Shown here one piece after another: positions 13,598-23,372 of a stretch of 47,956 bases of DNA; within the stretch, counting starts at the first letter, position 1; the number at the start of each line of letters is the position of its first letter. The DNA is taken from contig CAMBSI010000004.1 in NCBI GenBank assembly GCA_945870555.1, positions 1 to 47,956 of the forward strand, given 5' to 3'. Under the pieces are notes generated by a model. The model was not told the DNA's origin and did not search any database. It saw only the letters and a list, made by a program, of their open reading frames with translations. This DNA comes from Staphylococcus epidermidis (GTDB taxonomy: Bacteria > Bacillota_I > Bacilli_A > RFN20 > CAG-826). Both the position numbers and the translations under genes were made by a program.

Positions 13598-15271
13598 ATG
13601 AAAACGATCAATGGCGTCATCCTCAAACGCATGATTATTTCTGGTAGTAATAATTTATATAATCATTATCCAGAAGTCGATGCGCTCAACGTTTTTCCAG
13701 TACCCGATGGTGATACGGGTCTGAATATGAATTTAACCGTCTCAAGCGGTTCTAAAGAAGTTGCCAACCGCAACGATGAACATATTTATGACCTTGCCAA
13801 AGCATTTTCAAAAGGGTTATTAATGGGAGCGCGCGGTAACTCTGGGGTTATCACTTCACAAATTTTCCGAGGTTTTGCTCAAGCTCTCGAAGGTAAATCA
13901 GAAATTAACGCCGTTCAATTTGCAGAAGCTTGGATAAAAGGAAAAGAAGTCGCCTATAAAGCGGTCATGCGACCGGTTGAAGGAACGATGTTAACCGTCA
14001 TTCGCGAAAGTGCCCAAGCGTTAATGGATCAAGTGAAACCGAATTGGTCGATTGAAGATTGTATGCGGGCGATGATCAAAGAAGCCCACGCATCCTTAAA
14101 GCGTACCCCAGATTTACTGCCAATCTTAAAAGAAGTCGGTGTGGTCGACTCTGGTGGTTTAGGTTTAATTAAAATTCTTGAAGGTTTTGAATTTGGTTTA
14201 CTCGATAAAGTGGTTGAAAAACTTGAAGCGACCGCATTAACTGCCAAAGCTGGTAAAGAAATGGCAGGGGCAAAACTTGAAGCGGAAGAATTTGGTTATT
14301 GTACCGAATTCATTTTAAAACTCGATGAAAAAAATCCGGATAAGAAACCATTTATTGAAAAACGTTTTTATGAATATTTAGAGCAACAAGGTAATTCCAT
14401 CGTCCTGGTTAAGGATGAAGATTTAGTGAAAGTTCATATTCATACGTTAAATCCTGCCAGTGTCTTTGGATATGCATTTAAATTTGGTGAATGCGTGACG
14501 ATGAAAGCTGATAACATGAGCATTCAACATGAAAACATCACCGAATCAAGCAAAGGCCGTGATCACGCGAAACCTCCCAAAAAAGAACAACCCGTTGAAG
14601 AAAAAGTTTATGGTTTAATCAGTGTTGCCGCTGGTGAAGGCATGGCACAAGCGTTTAAAGATTTAGGTGTTCACGCGATCGTATCGGGTGGGCAAACGAT
14701 GAACCCTTCCACAGAAGATTTCGTCAAAGCGGCCCGCGATGTTCATGCAAAGAATGTCTTCTTTTTACCAAACAATCCCAATATTATCCTCGCTGCCAAA
14801 CAAGCAGTTGAAGCACTCAATGAAGAAGGATTAATCAATGCTGCCGTCATTGAAACCAAAACGATTCCAGAAGGTTTAACCGCCGTCATTAACTTCATTG
14901 CAGATTTACCGATGACCGAAAACCTTGAGGCGATGAATCAAGCGATTAAGTTGGTGAAGTCTGGGGCAGTGACCTTTGCAATCAAAGATACAAAAATCAA
15001 TGGCCTTGAAGTTAAAAAAGACCATTTTATGGGCATTATTGGTAAGAAGATTGTTTGTACCGCTAAGGAATTATATGAAGCAACCAAAACTTTACTCGAA
15101 CAAATGGTGGATGATGCCTCATCTTTGGTGACGATTTTTTATGGCGAAGGAACCAGCGATGCGGTCATTGAAAAGCTTAAAGATTACACGTATGAATCTT
15201 ATCGTGGTGTCGACTTTGAATTTAAACCAGGTAATCAACCGGTTTACGCGTTTATCGTTGGCGTAGAATAA
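13598..15271 (+). CDS. fakA: DAK2-domain fatty acid kinase subunit FakA (YloV)
   Basis: LNVFPVPDGDTG-NM, GARGNSGVI-SQ, VVDSGG-G, YCTEF, KVHIH and GGQTMNPS. Confidence 0.95.
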   Translation: MKTINGVILKRMIISGSNNLYNHYPEVDALNVFPVPDGDTGLNMNLTVSSGSKEVANRNDEHIYDLAKAFSKGLLMGARGNSGVITSQIFRGFAQALEGKSEINAVQFAEAWIKGKEVAYKAVMRPVEGTMLTVIRESAQALMDQVKPNWSIEDCMRAMIKEAHASLKRTPDLLPILKEVGVVDSGGLGLIKILEGFEFGLLDKVVEKLEATALTAKAGKEMAGAKLEAEEFGYCTEFILKLDEKNPDKKPFIEKRFYEYLEQQGNSIVLVKDEDLVKVHIHTLNPASVFGYAFKFGECVTMKADNMSIQHENITESSKGRDHAKPPKKEQPVEEKVYGLISVAAGEGMAQAFKDLGVHAIVSGGQTMNPSTEDFVKAARDVHAKNVFFLPNNPNIILAAKQAVEALNEEGLINAAVIETKTIPEGLTAVINFIADLPMTENLEAMNQAIKLVKSGAVTFAIKDTKINGLEVKKDHFMGIIGKKIVCTAKELYEATKTLLEQMVDDASSLVTIFYGEGTSDAVIEKLKDYTYESYRGVDFEFKPGNQPVYAFIVGVE

Positions 15272-15360
15272 ATCCCTGATTCGCATTCAATGAAATCAGG
15301 ACGCATGAAGCATTCTTTTTATTATGCTTAAACCGAACAAAATCATCTATCCAATCGCAA

Positions 15361-16605
15361 TTATCGCTTGCTATCTGAGGATTGAATGCCTCTAATGGAA
15401 TGTGGGGTTTTATACCATTTTAAATTGAACATGGTGAGTGGAGCGATAATAAAGATGGGCAAGAAACTAAGTGAATAAAATGGGAAAGTCATCATCGCCC
15501 ATATCTTTTGAGAAACGCTCGCTCGTAGCTCTTTCCAAGAGGCAAGGACGGTTGTTGCGCCGATGATAAATGAGAAACCCAAAAATTGCCCAAGCCATTG
15601 ATAGATTGGAATCCATGCGAAAATGGAAAAGAAAGAGTATTCAAGAATGAATGAGATTTGATTGATTGCAAGATTAATCAAAGATAACACGATCATGATT
15701 GAGGGGAATGGGGTTATCCAAAGAAGTAAATCAACTTTTGCAAACTTAAACTTTTTTAGTAACGATACCAAGAGTTTTCCACCGTGCAATATGTAGATTT
15801 GAATCCCACCTTTAATCCACCGTAATCGTTGTTTAAAGGATACATGACCTAATGTCGGTTGTTCATCATAGAATTTTGCTTGCCGAACAAAAAGTACGTG
15901 ACGTTCTTTCATTAACTGCAAAATGGTAAACTCAACATCTTCGATTAAACTAAAGGCTTGCCATGGTTCGTTTTTCACGATTGAATTGGATAACATGAAT
16001 CCTGTACCGTTGATGTGGGTGGAAAAACCTAGACGGTTTCTTGCGTGATGTAAGAAGTGGGCTTCACGGAAAAAAATAATCGAAGAACCCATGCTCGTTG
16101 CATTGGAAGCAAAGTTTTTGCTAGCACGATATCCAATCAAAATCGTATCATCACCGTTGTAGGCATCATTCATTCTTAATGTGAATTCGGCATCAAGGAT
16201 GTTATCCGCGTCGAAGAAAAACACTCCATCGGATGGTGTTCCTGGGTATTGATTCCGGTGAGCAATTAACGTTTTTAAGGCTAAACCTTTACCGACATGG
16301 TTAGGCATCTGATTGATAAACGTGATTGCACCGTGAGCTTTTGCAATGGTAGCCGTTTGGTCAAGGCAATTGTCGGCAAGCACAAAAATCCGAATCAATG
16401 CTTTGGGATATTGCTGTTGATGGATCGAGTCAATGAGATCGCCGATGACCTTTTCTTCATTGCGTGCGACGATTAAAAAATCATACCGCCGTTGATGAGA
16501 ACGGGCTTTAAATTGTTTAGGTTTGGTTAAAATACTGACAACAAAATACAACACTGGAAGTGAAAAGAATATCGTGATCAAGATTTGATTGATTACTGAC
16601 AACAT
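15361..16605 (-). CDS. Membrane-bound processive family 2 glycosyltransferase (cellulose synthase/PgaC-like)
   Basis: ARNEE, ADNC-D, GKG-AL, FDAD, GTG, IED and QRLRW (D,D,D,QxxRW), with N- and C-terminal TM segments. Start uncertain (16605 or 16641). Confidence 0.88.
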   Translation of the reverse strand: MLSVINQILITIFFSLPVLYFVVSILTKPKQFKARSHQRRYDFLIVARNEEKVIGDLIDSIHQQQYPKALIRIFVLADNCLDQTATIAKAHGAITFINQMPNHVGKGLALKTLIAHRNQYPGTPSDGVFFFDADNILDAEFTLRMNDAYNGDDTILIGYRASKNFASNATSMGSSIIFFREAHFLHHARNRLGFSTHINGTGFMLSNSIVKNEPWQAFSLIEDVEFTILQLMKERHVLFVRQAKFYDEQPTLGHVSFKQRLRWIKGGIQIYILHGGKLLVSLLKKFKFAKVDLLLWITPFPSIMIVLSLINLAINQISFILEYSFFSIFAWIPIYQWLGQFLGFSFIIGATTVLASWKELRASVSQKIWAMMTFPFYSLSFLPIFIIAPLTMFNLKWYKTPHSIRGIQSSDSKR

Positions 16606-16901
16606 AATGGTTTGTTGCTTTGTGCATGCATACCCTTTCATTAAACCAAAAAAATCATCAATTTCATATCATGATGTATGTTTTTAAAGTTCTAATCAAT
16701 TTAACGATTGTTGTTGCCAAATATTCAAAGGGCAATTTGATGAACAGTTTGGTTTGATTGAATTGATGATTTAAAAACTAAATGAGTGTCATGAAAACTT
16801 ATTTAACTGGTGATGTATCTACAATATTTAACATTACTTTTTAAATGTAAAATTTGTATGGTTTTATACTAAAATATAAATCAAGAACTATAAAAACGAT
16901 T

Positions 16902-18257
16902 ATGCGAAAATTCTTCATCGTCTTATTACTAGCAATCATGGTTGCCATCAATTATGAGTTAACTTTTGCGTCACATGAAATCCCTAGTTTTATTCCCCTT
17001 CCTATTTACTTGATTCTCGCAGCAGTAAGTTTAATTATTTTTGTTGGACTATGGATTGATTACCGATTAAGACATCCCATTCAATCCATTGAATGGTTGT
17101 TCATCGTGATGATCATGTATTCGATGCTTGCTGGGGTTTGGAGTCAGCATGACATCTTATTATCAGAACTTAACACCAGCCTTGCACAAACCACATCCAT
17201 CTTCACGCTTCCGACCATGACAATTTTACAAGGCATTTTTTATGGCATGTCAGTTGGCATGATGTTTTACACGTTATACTTTTTCACTAACACGTTGCGC
17301 TCAGCAAAATTTATCTATTATTTGGCATTAGCGATTGTGCTCGGATTTGTGATGGCGGAAATCATCTATAGTCTCGTTTTCGAATGGGATGAATATGTTT
17401 ATGTTTTTTATCACTTCAATGACGGTGCAAGAATGAGTATTACGTCGTTTACAAGTAATACAAACATTTACGCTTTTCACTTATCATTGGGTGTTTATGG
17501 CGTTGGTTCATTGTATATGACTGAAAAAAAACACCGTTGGATTTATCCCTTACTTGCGATGATCTTTAGCATCCTGATTGGATTTACGGTTTCGAAAACG
17601 GTCATCCTTGCGATGGTCATTTATGTTGTTATCTATGGGTTATTGATGGTGTATCGATTATTGATGTCGAGACCAATCCTACTGAATGTCGTAATGGCAG
17701 GTTTAATCGTCCTCGTCGTGATGGGATATCAATTCATCTCCATGATTAATCACCCATTTATCGAACGGATACAAAGTTTAGTCATGGTAACTGCGGTTGA
17801 ATCGTTTCAATCTCGAATTGATATTTGGAACGATGCAATCACTTTATTTCAACGTCACAATACCGTCTTTGGATATGGATTTGGATTAAGTAATGTCTAT
17901 TTTGGTGTAGCGACTGCCATCGGTTCGACAAATGAAACAGGTCGAGTCTTGTATGAAATTGTCAATGACCGTTTCCATAGTGGATTCTTAGAAATGCTTC
18001 TATCGTTTGGTTTGGTTGGAACCTACCTACTGGTGATTGCCCATTGGGCATACATCAAGACATTAGTTCAATTAACCAAGCGTTATGCCATCACCATTCC
18101 CATTTGGGCTTTGATCATCAGCTTTATTGCGCAAATGATGTTTGAAGATCGATTACTATTTCGTCCAGATTTATCGGGTATCCTGATTTTAGTTCTGTTG
18201 ATTTTACCGATTGCAAAACCAAACGAATATAATAGAAGACATGAAGTTAACAACTAG
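16902..18257 (+). CDS. O-antigen ligase/Wzy-like polytopic membrane protein
   Basis: Many TM segments, N-N-YA, T-SKT, R--IW--A---F, FGYGFG and FHSGFLEML---GLVG. Confidence 0.75.
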   Translation: MRKFFIVLLLAIMVAINYELTFASHEIPSFIPLPIYLILAAVSLIIFVGLWIDYRLRHPIQSIEWLFIVMIMYSMLAGVWSQHDILLSELNTSLAQTTSIFTLPTMTILQGIFYGMSVGMMFYTLYFFTNTLRSAKFIYYLALAIVLGFVMAEIIYSLVFEWDEYVYVFYHFNDGARMSITSFTSNTNIYAFHLSLGVYGVGSLYMTEKKHRWIYPLLAMIFSILIGFTVSKTVILAMVIYVVIYGLLMVYRLLMSRPILLNVVMAGLIVLVVMGYQFISMINHPFIERIQSLVMVTAVESFQSRIDIWNDAITLFQRHNTVFGYGFGLSNVYFGVATAIGSTNETGRVLYEIVNDRFHSGFLEMLLSFGLVGTYLLVIAHWAYIKTLVQLTKRYAITIPIWALIISFIAQMMFEDRLLFRPDLSGILILVLLILPIAKPNEYNRRHEVNN

Positions 18258-20154
18258 CCCTCGATTAGAACAAGCATTGGCATCGATGGGCATCCATACA
18301 TTCGTGGATGTCCTTTTATATTTTCCATATCGTTATGAAGATATGAATCTGACGCAAAATCCCCTCTATCATGACCAACAACGTTTGGTTCTGACTGGCA
18401 AGGTCTCAACCCAACCCACCGTCTTTCGTCGTGGTCATTTTGTCACTACCCGCTTCACGATGAAGGATCAGCATGGCCATGTGATGAATGTGATTGCCTT
18501 TAATCGTCCTTTTTTGGCAAAAATGATTATTCCAGCTGAAGCAATTACGGTGATTGGTAAATATGATGCATCACGCCAAGTGGTGAATCTCATCAATGCC
18601 TTCAAAGGTGAATTAAGCGATGGGCCAAAATTAAAACCGATCTATCGACTTCCAAGCACGATTGAAAATTATGTTTTTACCCGTTTGGTCAAAAAAGGAT
18701 TAGCGATGATTGCTGACCTTTCCTTTCCTGTTACCTTACCTTCATCCTTTTTAGCGTCCTTGGCAAATCAAGATAAAAAACAAGCCATCCAGCGGATTCA
18801 CTTACCTCAACGACTTGAAGAGGTAGAAGAATCGATGATGATCTTTAAGTTTGAAGAAGCATTTCAATTTATGAATACGATGATGAAAATTCGTCAAACT
18901 AACGATGATACCATCAAAGAAAACATACCATCCATTCCCATTGGATCCATCATCGATATGATGGAAAATCTTCCGTATGCATTAACCAAAGATCAAATGC
19001 AGGCGGTTCAAGATATTGTCAAAGACCTAAATGGTAAGAAAAGAATGTATCGATTGCTTCAAGGCGATGTTGGTAGTGGTAAAACCGTGGTTGCTGCGTT
19101 AGCGCTTTACGCCAATTTTTTAAGAAAAAATCAAGGAGCCTTCATGGCACCAACCGATGCGCTTGCCAAACAACATTTTAAAACGTTACAAGAATTGTTT
19201 AAAAACCAATCCCTAACTATTCATTTATTGGTAGGAAGCCTTTCAAGCGCTGAAAAAAAAGCAATTAAAGCATCACTGCTTGATGGAACGATCGATATTT
19301 TGGTTGGAACCCATGCGCTTTTTTCCCAAGATACAGAGTTTTTTTCGTTGGGTCTTGCCATCATTGATGAACAACACCGCTTTGGGGTTAATCAACGTGA
19401 TTTACTCAAAGACAAAGGCCGGCAAGCGGATTTACTCATGATGTCAGCAACGCCGATTCCTCGATCACTGGCGATGACGGTGTATGCAGATATGGACATC
19501 TCCACCCTCACTCAGTTTCCTTTTGCATCTAGAAAAGTAAAAACAAAAATAGTTGAAGAAAATGACCCCCTCATTGATTACGCAATGCTAGCAGCATTAG
19601 AACAACAAAAGCGAATTTATGTGGTCGCCCCAAAAATCATGGAATCAAATTCTGGCAAACAAAGTGTTGTGACCCTTTATCAGTCCTATGCTAAAAAATA
19701 TCCCAAGCAAGTTAGTTTGCTCCATGGCAAATTGGATGTAGAAGAAAAAGAAGATTCCCTTCATGCATTTGCAACTGGGTATACGCCCATTATGGTGAGT
19801 ACCACCGTGATTGAAGTAGGCATTGATGTTAAACCGGCGACGGTGATGATCATTCATGATGCCGATACCTTTGGTTTAGCATCCCTTCATCAGTTAAGGG
19901 GTCGCATTGGTCGAGATGGTTCTGAAGCGTTATGTTTACTCGTTGTGCAAGATCAACACCTTGAAGGATTGGAAAGGTTACAAGTACTCGTGGATTCTAA
20001 TGATGGGTTTTTTATTGCTGAGCAAGATTTAAGATTGCGTGGCCCTGGTGAACTCATGGGTTCTAAACAATCAGGTTTACCTGGATTTCAATACATCAAT
20101 ATCGTCAAGGATGTCGCCATTCTTCAAAAGATGAGAAAACATCTGATGTTTTAA
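18241..20154 (+). CDS. recG: ATP-dependent DNA helicase RecG
   Basis: [35 protein letters not shown] and DLRLRGPGE. Start ATG 18241. Confidence 0.97.
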   Translation: MKLTTSPRLEQALASMGIHTFVDVLLYFPYRYEDMNLTQNPLYHDQQRLVLTGKVSTQPTVFRRGHFVTTRFTMKDQHGHVMNVIAFNRPFLAKMIIPAEAITVIGKYDASRQVVNLINAFKGELSDGPKLKPIYRLPSTIENYVFTRLVKKGLAMIADLSFPVTLPSSFLASLANQDKKQAIQRIHLPQRLEEVEESMMIFKFEEAFQFMNTMMKIRQTNDDTIKENIPSIPIGSIIDMMENLPYALTKDQMQAVQDIVKDLNGKKRMYRLLQGDVGSGKTVVAALALYANFLRKNQGAFMAPTDALAKQHFKTLQELFKNQSLTIHLLVGSLSSAEKKAIKASLLDGTIDILVGTHALFSQDTEFFSLGLAIIDEQHRFGVNQRDLLKDKGRQADLLMMSATPIPRSLAMTVYADMDISTLTQFPFASRKVKTKIVEENDPLIDYAMLAALEQQKRIYVVAPKIMESNSGKQSVVTLYQSYAKKYPKQVSLLHGKLDVEEKEDSLHAFATGYTPIMVSTTVIEVGIDVKPATVMIIHDADTFGLASLHQLRGRIGRDGSEALCLLVVQDQHLEGLERLQVLVDSNDGFFIAEQDLRLRGPGELMGSKQSGLPGFQYINIVKDVAILQKMRKHLMF

Positions 20155-20345
20155 GAATTACGAATTAAATTGAATTTTTTCATCCTTGTCTGCTTGGCAT
20201 AATCGGTGTCTCATCAGTGATTAAGAAACCCAATGGTGAAACCTCAATGATTCGATTTGACCGTTTCGGACTCTTTCAAAGATGAGGTGCAAAGGTTATT
20301 TTGCTGCCTAAATCGGCTTGGATTTGATAAAATGAAATTAACTTT

Positions 20346-21371
20346 ATGAAACGAACAATCATTTTAGATATGATGGGTGCCGATAAAGGTGCTATCGAAT
20401 TAGTCGCAGGTGTGAAATTATTTTTGACGCGTAATCCAGGTGATTACCGTTTGGTCGCAGTTGGTAAACAAGAAGAACTTCAAGGTTTAAAAGGCATTGC
20501 TGAGATTATTGATGCCCGGGATGTTGTCCCCATGGAAGCGGGCGCACGTGATGTTTTACGAATGAAGCAATCCTCGATGATGGTCGCGATCGACCTATAC
20601 GAAACGTTAAAAGCAGATGCGATGATTTCCTGTGGTGGAACCGGTGCATATTTATCTGCTGCAACCCTAAAATTAAAATTAGTCCCTGGTGTGGAACGAG
20701 CCGCGCTCATTGTTCCAATGCCTAACGCAATCGGAACGATTACCAATGTCCTTGATATTGGCGCAAGTAACGAAAACAGTGCAGAGCACTTAATTCAATT
20801 TGCAGAAATGGGTCGCTTATTTAATCAGGCAGTCTATGGAAATAAAGAACCACGCGTCTATATGTTAGCGAACGGAACCGAAGATAAAAAGGGTTCGCCG
20901 GAAAGTAAAAAAGCGTTTGATATGCTCACCCAGATGAAATTTCCAGGATTTAAAGGAAACATCGAAGGTCGAGATTCTTTAAATGGCCATGCAGATGTCA
21001 TCGTCACCGATGGTTTTACAGGCAATGTTTTTTTAAAAACAACCGAAGGCGTCTTTAAGATTATGAGCAATGAAATCAAAAAGTTTTTTAAACGCACGTT
21101 ACTTTCAAAAATTGCGTACGTATTTGCAAAAAAAGGTGTCAATCAAATGAGACATCGTTGGGACTATCGCACCACGGGTGGCAGTATGCTGTTAGGGTTA
21201 AATGGTATCATCGTTAAAGCCCATGGAAGTAGCGATCGACTTGCGTTTTCTTATGCGATGGAAGTTGGAAAAAAACTTGCCGAAGCTAACATCGTAGCAA
21301 CCATGAAGAAAGGATTTTCAAATGCGACCAGTACAACAATTGTTGGAACAACTACAAATCCAACCTCTTGA
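20346..21371 (+). CDS. plsX: Phosphate acyltransferase PlsX
   Basis: LDMMGAD, LDIGA, GNIEG, VTDGFTGNV-LK and KAHGSS. Confidence 0.95.
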   Translation: MKRTIILDMMGADKGAIELVAGVKLFLTRNPGDYRLVAVGKQEELQGLKGIAEIIDARDVVPMEAGARDVLRMKQSSMMVAIDLYETLKADAMISCGGTGAYLSAATLKLKLVPGVERAALIVPMPNAIGTITNVLDIGASNENSAEHLIQFAEMGRLFNQAVYGNKEPRVYMLANGTEDKKGSPESKKAFDMLTQMKFPGFKGNIEGRDSLNGHADVIVTDGFTGNVFLKTTEGVFKIMSNEIKKFFKRTLLSKIAYVFAKKGVNQMRHRWDYRTTGGSMLLGLNGIIVKAHGSSDRLAFSYAMEVGKKLAEANIVATMKKGFSNATSTTIVGTTTNPTS

Positions 21372-22008
21372 TATCCAACTTTATCAATTAGCCTTTACCC
21401 ATACTTCTGTCAATGCAACCGGCAAAGGTATCGGTAAAGACTATGAACGATTAGAGTTTATGGGTGATGCCTTTATTTCCATGGTAGTCGCGGATTTAGT
21501 CTTTCAACTTCATCCGGAATGGTCACAAGGTGAACTCAGTAAAACCCGAGCAAAATTTGTTCAAACCATCAGTTTAGTGAAAATTGCTCGAACGATGAAT
21601 TTACATGAGTTTGTGACGATTGGTCCTTCGATTAAACGAGAAATGGTTCAACAAAGTGACAAAATTTTAGAAGATATTTTCGAAGCATTTGTTGGTGCAA
21701 TCTATCTTGATTTAGGTTTTGAAAAAGCATTTGCATTCGTGAGCCAATTATTCCGGTCCTTGATCATCGAGGTTGATACCGACGATTTAACGGATTACAA
21801 GACGCGACTGCAAGAAGAAATGCAAGCGGAATTTCGCGAGGCCGTCACATATGAAAAAATTGAAGAGTCCGGCCCTGCCCACGATAAACGCTTTACCTAT
21901 CAAGTTAGTTTTAACGGGATTATACTTGGCACAGGAACCGGTGCCAGTAAGAAAAAAGCAGAACAAGCTGCTGCCAAAGTTGCCCTTGAAAAGAAGGTCA
22001 CCAAATAA
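21322..22008 (+). CDS. rnc: Ribonuclease III
   Basis: ERLEFMGDA, D-FEA-VGA-YLD and dsRBD DYKTRLQE...SKKKAEQAAA. Confidence 0.97.
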   Translation: MRPVQQLLEQLQIQPLDIQLYQLAFTHTSVNATGKGIGKDYERLEFMGDAFISMVVADLVFQLHPEWSQGELSKTRAKFVQTISLVKIARTMNLHEFVTIGPSIKREMVQQSDKILEDIFEAFVGAIYLDLGFEKAFAFVSQLFRSLIIEVDTDDLTDYKTRLQEEMQAEFREAVTYEKIEESGPAHDKRFTYQVSFNGIILGTGTGASKKKAEQAAAKVALEKKVTK

Positions 22009-22009
22009 C

Positions 22010-22249
22010 ATGAATTTCTTGATTAGTTTCATCATTTTTATTGCCATCGATGCATTGGTGACGAGCATGCTATTTTCGCTTGGTGTCTCTTTACCCATCA
22101 TTGATTTGGTGGTGTCATTATTGGTTGCCTTTGTCTTTGCGTCCATGAACACGCCAAAGCCTCGCTATCTCAATGTTCAATTTCATAAAAACTTTGCCTT
22201 TATTTTTATCGTTTTATTGTTGATGCGTTATTTATTTAATTATGCCTAA
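22010..22249 (+). CDS. Small hypothetical membrane protein (79 aa, about 3 hydrophobic segments)
   Basis: ATG 22010 one base after the rnc stop, and its stop overlaps the ylxM start. It fills the gap exactly and is strongly hydrophobic. Confidence 0.7.
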   Translation: MNFLISFIIFIAIDALVTSMLFSLGVSLPIIDLVVSLLVAFVFASMNTPKPRYLNVQFHKNFAFIFIVLLLMRYLFNYA

Positions 22250-22577
22250 ACGAAACCCTCTACGTGATTTCGACACGATCAATCCGTTGTTGGATTTATA
22301 CGGAACGTTACTGACCAAACATCAACAAGCCATTATGTCGGACTATTATCGCTTTAACTTGTCGTTAAAGGAAATCGCTGATCAACGCGATATTTCTAGA
22401 GCCGCGGTATCGGATGCAATTACCCAAGCTAAACGCCATTTTAAAGTTTTAGAAGCCTCGCTACACGTTTACGCCATTCGCCAATCTTTAGAAACGATGC
22501 TCACCCAAGAACTCGATGCTGAGTCCATCAAAGAAAAAATCAAATTGATTTTAAATCGCCAACGCCGCAAGCGTTAA
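22242..22577 (+). CDS. ylxM: YlxM (SRP-associated, sigma70-region-4-like HTH protein)
   Basis: L-DLYG-LLT-HQ-----YY--NLSL-EIA----ISRAAV-D pattern. Confidence 0.9.
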   Translation: MPKRNPLRDFDTINPLLDLYGTLLTKHQQAIMSDYYRFNLSLKEIADQRDISRAAVSDAITQAKRHFKVLEASLHVYAIRQSLETMLTQELDAESIKEKIKLILNRQRRKR

Positions 22578-23372
22578 TGTGATTGTTCCGACCACCAATA
22601 AATACCACGCAAAATATTGAAAGTGCTTCATACTCAGGTGTTCAAAAACGAGTTTGAGGGTTACCCATGTCACGATACCTGCAACCACGGTCGCGACCAT
22701 GATGCTGATGAGTGCATTCGTTTCGATGGTTTGAATGCGATCAAACGAGACAATAAAACTTCCTAAGGTAATCGGAATAAACAAGAGAAAGGCAAACTCT
22801 TTTGCCTTCGCTAAGGTTAACCCACCTAACAAGCTTCCCATCAAAGTCGATCCACTACGAGAAATGCCAGGAAGAATGCCGATCACTTGGAATAAACCAC
22901 TCATGAACGTATTCTTAAACGTATATTGACCATAACTTAACTTTGCTAATCGTGGCACCAACAATAAGATCGATGCAGTGAAATAAAAACCAATGCCAAC
23001 CATCCATAAAGATTGAAACACAGAATCAATGAAATCTTTGATCAAGTATCCTGCAAGGGCGGCCGGGATCGTTGCAATCACTAAATAGAGGATGAGCATC
23101 ATATCGTCTTGAATCGCATCGCTACGTTTTCTTTGAAGAAAAGCAATTAGGTGGTTAAGGATTCTTAAGATGACGGGAAGAAAATAAATCAAAAAGGCAA
23201 ATAAAGATCCCACATGTAAAAGTAAGGCAAACAAAGCTTCTTCTCCAACATTTGTATTGAGGATGGATTGAAACAGTGCAAGGTGTCCTGAACTCGATAT
23301 TGGTAAAACTTCGCTAATGCCTTGAATGACTGCAAGTAGCAAATATCGAAGGAATTGTATGAATTCATTCAT
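22551..23372 (-). CDS. uppP: Undecaprenyl-diphosphate phosphatase UppP/BacA
   Basis: QGISEVLPISSSGHL, H-GS, ATIPA and PGISRSGST. Confidence 0.95.
   Translation of the reverse strand: MNEFIQFLRYLLLAVIQGISEVLPISSSGHLALFQSILNTNVGEEALFALLLHVGSLFAFLIYFLPVILRILNHLIAFLQRKRSDAIQDDMMLILYLVIATIPAALAGYLIKDFIDSVFQSLWMVGIGFYFTASILLLVPRLAKLSYGQYTFKNTFMSGLFQVIGILPGISRSGSTLMGSLLGGLTLAKAKEFAFLLFIPITLGSFIVSFDRIQTIETNALISIMVATVVAGIVTWVTLKLVFEHLSMKHFQYFAWYLLVVGTITLTLAALAI

Noticed and set aside
20200-20290. Hammerhead ribozyme on the minus strand (CTGATGAG and CGAAAC both present)
   Set aside because: Stems I and III cannot be formed around the core and stem II is mismatched. The motifs look coincidental.
21851-22009. 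N-terminal 53 aa of the 132-aa ORF 21851..22249
   Set aside because: It overlaps the rnc dsRBD in another frame. ATG 22010 is the plausible start.
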